Positions 58,169 through 64,000 of a stretch of DNA of 64,000 nt are shown here, one piece after another; within the stretch, counting starts at the first letter, position 1; every line of letters begins with the position of its first letter. The notes beneath the pieces were generated by a model. That model worked only from the letters and a program-made list of their open reading frames with translations. It ran no database searches and was not told the origin of the DNA. Source of the stretch: an uncultured Arcobacter sp. (GTDB lineage Bacteria; Campylobacterota; Campylobacteria; Campylobacterales; Arcobacteraceae); NCBI GenBank assembly GCA_965140705.1, contig OZ223300.1:832001-896000 (forward strand), read 5' to 3'. Position numbers and translations under genes: made by a program.

Positions 58169-59215
58169 TTATTCTATTATCTCTTCATTATTTAATTCGT
58201 AAAATTCACTTTGTTTTATAGCATCTTCATTGAAATATTCCATTTTATTTTCAGCAATATTTAAATTTCCAAACTTTGCTATGTGAAAAATTGCATCACC
58301 TTCTTGAGCAAGAGGAATTTGAGATTTCCCTATGATAATTCCATCAAAGGGTGCTAATATTTCAAAGCTATTATCATCCAATGGTTCATCAATATAAGCA
58401 ATAACTTCATTCTCTTTTACAATATCGCCCAAGGCTTTTATTGTTCTTATCATTCCGCTTTCACTTGCTCTTATCCATTTACTTACTCTTGAAGTAATTG
58501 GAGTCTTACTTCCCTTTCGTATAACTTTGGGAAGCATAGCATTTTCTCTTAAAACATTGATAATACCTTTTACCCCAATCCTTATACATGTTTCATCAAA
58601 ACGTAAAGCTTCACCTGCTTCATAAAGAAGTATTGGTATACCACTCTCTTCCCCTTCAGCTCTTAGAGAACCATCTCTTAATTGTGAGTGTAAAATAACA
58701 GGTGCTCCAAAAGCACGTGCTAGTTTTAGAGTATATTCATTATCCATATTTGTTCTAATTTGTGGTAAATTTGACTTATGAATAGAAGCTGTGTGTAAGT
58801 CAATTCCTAAATCACATTTTGAAACTATCTCTTCAAAAAAGATTTTTGCAATTCTACTTGCAATAGAGCCTTTGCCACTTCCTGGAAAACTTCTATTTAA
58901 GTCTCTTCTATCTGGTAAGTATCTAGATAGTGTCATAACACCATATACATTTACAATGGGAGCAAAGATTATAGTGCCATGAAGTTTCTTTAGAATGTTT
59001 AATTTTCTAATTCTTCTAATAATCTCTATGCCATTTAATTCATCTCCATGTATTGCAGCACTAATAAAAACTATTGGTCCTGTTTTTCTACCTCGTATTA
59101 CTCTTATTGGCAAGTTTGTAGGTGTATTATAAAGTTTTGGTAACTCCAAATTTATCTTTACTTCTTTTCCTTTTGGTACAACAACACCACCAATTACCAA
59201 ATCATTGTTTTGCAT
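58169..59215 (-). CDS. Succinylglutamate desuccinylase/aspartoacylase (M14-like) family protein
   Basis: AAIHGDELNG, RDLNRSFPG, IDLHT, YEAGE. Confidence 0.92.
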   Translation of the reverse strand: MQNNDLVIGGVVVPKGKEVKINLELPKLYNTPTNLPIRVIRGRKTGPIVFISAAIHGDELNGIEIIRRIRKLNILKKLHGTIIFAPIVNVYGVMTLSRYLPDRRDLNRSFPGSGKGSIASRIAKIFFEEIVSKCDLGIDLHTASIHKSNLPQIRTNMDNEYTLKLARAFGAPVILHSQLRDGSLRAEGEESGIPILLYEAGEALRFDETCIRIGVKGIINVLRENAMLPKVIRKGSKTPITSRVSKWIRASESGMIRTIKALGDIVKENEVIAYIDEPLDDNSFEILAPFDGIIIGKSQIPLAQEGDAIFHIAKFGNLNIAENKMEYFNEDAIKQSEFYELNNEEIIE

Positions 59216-59220
59216 TTAGT

Positions 59221-60153
59221 TTAAGCTCCAATGTTATCTTTTTTGATTTTTCTTTTTTTAGTGCTTTTCTCTGAAGCAGGAATTACGCTTTTTTCAATGT
59301 AATCCATAATTTTCCCTGCAATATCTATATTTGTAGATTTTTCAATACCTTCTAATCCTGGACTTGAGTTTACTTCCATTACAAGAGGTCCTCTAGATGA
59401 TGGAATCATATCAACTCCACAAACACCAAGTCCCATAGCTTTTGCTGCTGCTATAGCTGTTGATTTTTCTTTTCTTGTAAGTTTATGGGCTATAGCACTT
59501 CCACCTTGGTGAAGATTTGATCTAAAATCACCTTCAGCACCTTGTCTTTTCATCGCTCCAACAACTTCTCCATTTACAACTAATGCTCTAATATCAGATC
59601 CACCAGCTTCTTCAATAAACTCTTGAACAAGTAAGTTTACATCCATTCCATAAAAGGCATCAAGAACTGATTTTGCAGCTTTTTCACTATCAACTAAAAC
59701 TACACCAACACCTTGAGTTCCCTCAAGTATTTTAAGAACTAAAGGTGCTCCACCAGATAGTGCAATAACATCTTTTGCACTTGATTTATTTGAAGCAAAT
59801 ACAGTTTTAGGCATATCAACATCATTTTTTGAAAGAACTTGTAAACTTCTTAGTTTGTCTCTACTTCTTGTGATTGCTAAATTTCCAGAGGTACTAAATA
59901 CATCCATCATCTCAAAGTGTCTTACCATGGCTGCACCATAAAAAGTTCTACTTGCTCCAATTCTTGGAATTATTGCATCAGGAGTTGGTAATACTTTTCC
60001 TAAATAATTTATGATAAGTTCACCTTTCATTATCTCAATGGTACATTTTAAATAATCAATTACTTTAACTTCCCACTTTTTTGCTTCTGCTGCTTCTACT
60101 AATCTTCTTGTTGAATACAACTCTTTATTTCTTGATAGTATATAAACTCTCAT
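59221..60153 (-). CDS. rimK: RimK ATP-grasp alpha-L-glutamate ligase
   Basis: Likely start MRVYILSRN at 60153; [52 protein letters not shown]. Confidence 0.95.
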   Translation of the reverse strand: MRVYILSRNKELYSTRRLVEAAEAKKWEVKVIDYLKCTIEIMKGELIINYLGKVLPTPDAIIPRIGASRTFYGAAMVRHFEMMDVFSTSGNLAITRSRDKLRSLQVLSKNDVDMPKTVFASNKSSAKDVIALSGGAPLVLKILEGTQGVGVVLVDSEKAAKSVLDAFYGMDVNLLVQEFIEEAGGSDIRALVVNGEVVGAMKRQGAEGDFRSNLHQGGSAIAHKLTRKEKSTAIAAAKAMGLGVCGVDMIPSSRGPLVMEVNSSPGLEGIEKSTNIDIAGKIMDYIEKSVIPASEKSTKKRKIKKDNIGA

Positions 60154-60580
60154 TATTATTTTCCTCTTTTTTATTACATAAATACTCTTGCGAAACATCA
60201 ACTAAAAACTTATCTTTTAAAAATCTTCTTCCAATTAACATTGGAAATTTCATATCGGCTCTATTTGTTAGGGAAATAATACTTTTATATTTTTTACCAA
60301 AAAATTTTACACTTACTTTTATAGAGGGTCTTATTTGAACTGTTCCATTTGAACTTTTTACGCGTTTAATTTTATATATAGGTAAAGTCATTCTTTTACC
60401 ATGATATGAAGCATGTACTTCGTCAAGTAAAGTAAAACTTACTTTATCTCCTTCAATTTCAATGTCATCACAATGTAAGGCATTAGAATCGGCACCAGTA
60501 TCTACTTTGGCATCTAAATCAAACAATTCCAAGTCAAGTATTGAGATACTCTCTTTTCTTCCAACTATTTTTTTTTCGAT
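60125..60580 (-). CDS. RimK-associated retropepsin-like protease (RimB / 'ATP-dependent zinc protease' family); probable ATC start
   Basis: [34 protein letters not shown]; the frame extends upstream through [10 protein letters not shown] to an ATC with SD AAAGGA. Confidence 0.88.
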   Translation of the reverse strand: MEKKIVGRKESISILDLELFDLDAKVDTGADSNALHCDDIEIEGDKVSFTLLDEVHASYHGKRMTLPIYKIKRVKSSNGTVQIRPSIKVSVKFFGKKYKSIISLTNRADMKFPMLIGRRFLKDKFLVDVSQEYLCNKKEENNNESLYTIKK

Positions 60581-60604
60581 GAAATGTCCTTTATAGTTTT
60601 AAAA

Positions 60605-60613
60605 ATTATATCA
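60605..60613 (-). promoter_or_regulatory. Extended -10 promoter of the rimK operon
   Basis: TGATATAAT on the minus strand, about 25 nt upstream of the ATC at 60580. Confidence 0.6.
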
Positions 60614-60712
60614 TACTTTGGCATTAAATTATTAGGTGAATTTATTTGAAGAATTTTTGATTTAGAATTTTATTGTGAAATATTGAAAATGAAATAATAG
60701 AAACTTTTAAAT

Positions 60713-61324
60713 TTAAAGTTCTATTACTTCATTACTAAGTTCATTGATATCATTTTCTTTTATTGGAAAGTTTTTTATTAAGATTTCACTACAACTTTTT
60801 ATTGCAGTTTCATATCCTTTAACAAATTCTTTCTTTTTGACATCTTTTATAAATTGATTTACTATATCTTGCCAATAACTATCAGCTATTTTTTCTTTTA
60901 CATTTTTATCTGTAATAATTTCTACATATTTTTCTTCAATTGATACAAAAAACATAATTGCTAATTTTGTTTGCGTGTCATAAAGACCTTGTTTTATAAA
61001 CTCTTCTTTTGCTTTTTTTGAAGCTTTTTTATATTTATATTTTTTAGGTAAAAGAGATAAAAAATACTTTTTAAAATTGTGAAACAAAAATATAAAAAAT
61101 GCAAAAGTTGATAATTGTATTTCAAAAAACATTATTGTATTTGCATTAAAATATAAACTAATAAGTGAAATTAAAAATGTAAAAACTAAAGAAAATATTA
61201 AAATCAATAGATTATAAGAAGATGAAAAGTCTGTAATAACAGCAACAAGTTCCGCTGAACTTTTCTTTTCAAGTTTTTTAATCTCTTTTTCTATAGATTC
61301 TTTTTCATCATTGTTTAAATACAT
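60713..61324 (-). CDS. TPM domain membrane protein
   Basis: IKKLEKKSSAELV, FFVSIEEKYVEIITD, NELSN; TAATG coupling to the upstream gene. Confidence 0.85.
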   Translation of the reverse strand: MYLNNDEKESIEKEIKKLEKKSSAELVAVITDFSSSYNLLILIFSLVFTFLISLISLYFNANTIMFFEIQLSTFAFFIFLFHNFKKYFLSLLPKKYKYKKASKKAKEEFIKQGLYDTQTKLAIMFFVSIEEKYVEIITDKNVKEKIADSYWQDIVNQFIKDVKKKEFVKGYETAIKSCSEILIKNFPIKENDINELSNEVIEL

Positions 61325-62286
61325 TACCATCCTCCACTAGCGCCACCGCCACCAAAACTTCCACCACCGCCACCAAAACTTCCACCACCGCCACCAAAAC
61401 TTCCACCACCGCCACCAAAACTTCCACCGCCTCCACCGAAGCTGCCACCAAAACTACTAGAACCTGAACTAAAGCCACCACCAAAACCAGTACCAAACCC
61501 AATGCCATTATATCTAGAACTATGGCTTGAATTACTTGTTGAATTGACTATTTTACTATTTGCTCTAAAGATTGTTAATGTAAAAAAGATAAAAGCAATA
61601 AGTGAAATGATAAAGCTACCTGTGCCAATTGTCATAAAAAGTCCAGCAAACCCACCAAATGTCATTGATTGAAAAACTCTTGATGTCTTTTTTAAGTTCA
61701 TTTTAGCAAATATCGTACCAATAAATGGAGCTATAAATATTACCAAAAAGTATAAAATAAATAGTGGGAATATATTTCCACTATTACTAGTATGTTCTTC
61801 TTGTTTGTATTCACCTTTTATTGAGCTAATAATTGCATTAGTTCCTTCTAAAATCCCTTTATAATAATCACCTTTTTTAAAATATGGTTTGATTTTATAT
61901 TCGATTATTTCGTGGGATCTAGCATCTGTTAAACTTCCTTCTAATCCATATCCAACTTCGATTCTGATTTTCTTTTCTTTCATTGAAACAATTAATAAAA
62001 CACCATTATCTTTATCTTTTTGTCCGATTTTCCAATATCTTCCTATTTGATAACCATAATCTTCTATTTCATTACCATCAAGAGATTTTAATGTCAAAAT
62101 TACTATTTGATTTGAAGTCTCTTTTTCTTGGGCATTTAATATATTTGTTAAAGTCTCTTTTTGATTTGAAGTTAAGATTCCTGCATTGTCAACTACTCTT
62201 CCTGTTAGCTTAGGAAAAGAAATATCTGCTACAAGTAGATTTTGTAAAAGTAAGATATTAAAAAGTATAAAAACTATTTTTTTCAT
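61324..62286 (-). CDS. TPM domain (YgcG-like) protein with Gly-rich tail
   Basis: LTGRVVDNAGIL, WKIGQKDKDNGVLL, RIEVGYGLEG, GGGSFGGGGASGGW. Confidence 0.92.
   Translation of the reverse strand: MKKIVFILFNILLLQNLLVADISFPKLTGRVVDNAGILTSNQKETLTNILNAQEKETSNQIVILTLKSLDGNEIEDYGYQIGRYWKIGQKDKDNGVLLIVSMKEKKIRIEVGYGLEGSLTDARSHEIIEYKIKPYFKKGDYYKGILEGTNAIISSIKGEYKQEEHTSNSGNIFPLFILYFLVIFIAPFIGTIFAKMNLKKTSRVFQSMTFGGFAGLFMTIGTGSFIISLIAFIFFTLTIFRANSKIVNSTSNSSHSSRYNGIGFGTGFGGGFSSGSSSFGGSFGGGGGSFGGGGGSFGGGGGSFGGGGGSFGGGGASGGW
61343..61426. repeat. 21-bp tandem repeat, 4 perfect copies, in frame
   Basis: (CCACCGCCACCAAAACTTCCA)x4, encoding (GGSFGGG)n on the minus strand. Confidence 0.95.
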
Positions 62287-62287
62287 T

Positions 62288-62878
62288 TTAGAAGTTTACT
62301 TTTGGTGTTTCTTGTTCAACTGGTGTAGCTGTAAAATTCTCTTTTACTTTAGCTTCAGGATAAAGAATTGCTGCAATAATTTTTCCAGGGAATGTTCTTA
62401 ATTCCATATTATATTTTTGCACACTTTTTATGTAATCTCTTCTTGCAACTGATATTCTATTTTCAGTCCCTTCAAGTTGAGATTGTAATGCTAAAAAGTT
62501 CTTATCGGCTTTTAAATTTGGATATTTTTCAACAACAACCATAAGTCTAGAAAGTGCAGAACTTAAAGCCCCTTGCGCTTGTTGGAATTGTTGTACTAAT
62601 TTAGGATTTGATAACATCTCTGGAGACAAAGATATTTTTCCAACGTTTGCTCTTGCTTGAGTAACTGCAGTTAGTGTAGATTTTTCATGATCTGCATAAC
62701 CTTTTACTGTTGATACTAAGTTAGGAATTAAATCTGCTCTTCTTTTATATTGATTTTGAAGTTGTGAAAAAGATGCTTTTACATTTTCATCTAAGGTTGG
62801 TACATTATTAATATTTGCAAATAAAATTCCAACAAATGCCAAAATAATAACACCTATAACTATTAAAAACGCTTTCAT
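62288..62878 (-). CDS. lemA: LemA family protein
   Basis: QYKRRADLIPNLV, YPNLKA, QLEGTENRISVARRDY, FPG. Confidence 0.95.
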   Translation of the reverse strand: MKAFLIVIGVIILAFVGILFANINNVPTLDENVKASFSQLQNQYKRRADLIPNLVSTVKGYADHEKSTLTAVTQARANVGKISLSPEMLSNPKLVQQFQQAQGALSSALSRLMVVVEKYPNLKADKNFLALQSQLEGTENRISVARRDYIKSVQKYNMELRTFPGKIIAAILYPEAKVKENFTATPVEQETPKVNF

Positions 62879-63007
62879 ATTAAACCTTTATTTTAAAGTA
62901 ATAGTATGGTATTAAAATTTTAATTAACAAGCAATGAAAAGAGTTTATTAAGTTGTAAAAAGAAGTTATAGGATAAGGATAATTTTAAATTATTGTATAT
63001 AAAGTTT

Positions 63008-63091
63008 TGGTGCAGATGATGAGATTTGAACTCACACGACTCTCGCCACGAGCCCCTCAAGCCCGCGTGTCTACCATTCCACCACATCTGC
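63008..63091 (-). tRNA. tRNA-Leu(GAG)
   Basis: GCAGATG acceptor stem, GGTGGAATGGTAGACAC D-arm, CGGGC-TTGAGGG-GCTCG anticodon arm, long variable arm, GTTCAAAT T-loop, encoded CCA. Confidence 0.96.
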
Positions 63092-63141
63092 ATTTAAAAT
63101 AGCTAAATCTTTTATGTATGATTATTTATTTTAAGTGCGGA

Positions 63142-63150
63142 ATTATAGCA
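63142..63150 (-). promoter_or_regulatory. Extended -10 promoter of tRNA-Leu
   Basis: TGCTATAAT followed by the GC-rich TCCGC. Confidence 0.65.
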
Positions 63151-63193
63151 ATAAAACCTTATAGATTTAATTAAAAAGAAATTTTTATAAAAC

Positions 63194-63245
63194 TACTTGT
63201 TAAGACAATATTTGTCTTGACAAGTAATTCTAAAAAATGTATAGT
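63194..63245 (+). promoter_or_regulatory. Probable MarR operator overlapping a sigma70 promoter
   Basis: Inverted repeat TACTTGTTAAGACAA-TAT-TTGTCTTGACAAGTA (14/15); TTGACA(63217)-17 bp-TATAGT(63240). Confidence 0.75.
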
Positions 63246-63257
63246 AATGCATAAGGA

Positions 63258-63701
63258 GTGTATATGAATTTTGATATGAATAATTCCTTGGGTTTTATTT
63301 TAAATAGAACTGCTTTAGCTATGAAGATAGGTTTTAATAAACAAATAAAAGAGTTTGATATTTCTCCTGAACAATGGTCTTTGATTTTTAGGATTGTTGA
63401 AAATAATGGATTGACCCAAAAAGAGTTGGCAAGTAGTACATATAAAGACCAAGCTAATATTACAAGAAGCCTTGATAGGCTTGAAAAAAAAGGTTTTTTG
63501 ACTCGATTACCAAATAGTAAAGATAGAAGGATTATAAATATTTTTTCAACACCAAAAGCAAAAGAGTTAGTTGAAAAAATAGTTCCCATATCTAAAGAAT
63601 ATAATCAACTGCTTTCAATAGGTTTGAGCCAAGAGGAATATGAAAGTTTAATTGGTTTATTAAACAAAGTTTATACAAATATTGAAGAAGAAGGAGACTA
63701 G
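63258..63701 (+). CDS. MarR family regulator
   Basis: ISPEQWSLI, LTQKELA, ITRSLDRLEKKG, DRR. Confidence 0.93.
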   Translation: MYMNFDMNNSLGFILNRTALAMKIGFNKQIKEFDISPEQWSLIFRIVENNGLTQKELASSTYKDQANITRSLDRLEKKGFLTRLPNSKDRRIINIFSTPKAKELVEKIVPISKEYNQLLSIGLSQEEYESLIGLLNKVYTNIEEEGD

Positions 63702-64000
63702 ATGAATTTAGAGAATAAAACTGTATTTATTACAGGTGCAAATGGTGGTTTAGGTAGTGAATTTGTAAAAGAATTTTTAAATCAAAATGTAAAAAAAATA
63801 TATTGTAGTGCAAGAGATATAAATAAATTGGATTCTTTGCAAAAATTATCTAACAAAATAGAATTAGTTGAATTAGATATTACGAATAAAGAACAATTTA
63901 AAAGTTTAGTATCAACTATTGGAAAAATAGATATTTTAGTAAATAATGCAGGTGCAAATAGTGATAAAAGATTGTTTGATGATGAAACTGTAGATTTTGA
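63702..64000 (+). CDS. Short-chain dehydrogenase/reductase (partial, runs off the window end)
   Basis: Translated by hand: MNLENKTVFITGANGGLG...ELDIT...IDILVNNAG; SD AAGGAG. Confidence 0.9.
   Translation, partial: MNLENKTVFITGANGGLGSEFVKEFLNQNVKKIYCSARDINKLDSLQKLSNKIELVELDITNKEQFKSLVSTIGKIDILVNNAGANSDKRLFDDETVDF

Noticed and set aside
61308..61508. 66-aa ORF with VEVLVAV repeats
   Set aside because: Alternative-frame reading of the 21-bp Gly-tail repeat.
62880..63091. Genomic island integrated at the tRNA-Leu 3' end
   Set aside because: No integrase and no duplicated tRNA 3' fragment were seen; the genes downstream of the tRNA (lemA/TPM) look native.

Overview
Very AT-rich chromosomal window from a Campylobacterota bacterium, most consistent with Arcobacteraceae (inferred from gene content, AAGGA Shine-Dalgarno sites and TGnTATAAT promoters). 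It is mostly core and accessory metabolism: ccoI/ccoS, cytochrome c553, hemH, AmmeMemo A/B, tpx, nnrS, msrPQ, a two-subunit GMC dehydrogenase, a UvrD-like helicase, valS, sqr, three RND systems, metA, lapD/lapG, proC, bamD, lon, dinB, a rimK operon, lemA/TPM genes, tRNA-Leu(GAG) and several c-di-GMP proteins. I found no CRISPR array, prophage or transposase. The most unusual signal is non-coding: a ~574 bp element after valS (23368-23941) with terminal inverted repeats and two inverted internal arms. The arms share fold geometry and loop motifs but have different stem sequences. A partial second copy sits at 31769-31853 in a rearranged patch that also holds a truncated flavin oxidoreductase and a MATE-like remnant. 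Other leads: a 50-aa ORF behind sqr that the ORF track missed, a naturally split RND pump divergent from sqr, two genes that appear to start at ATC/ATA, probable leaderless mRNAs, a hairpin occluding the nnrS RBS, and a LapD with a ~100-aa periplasmic insertion. All calls are by eye; no database searches were run.
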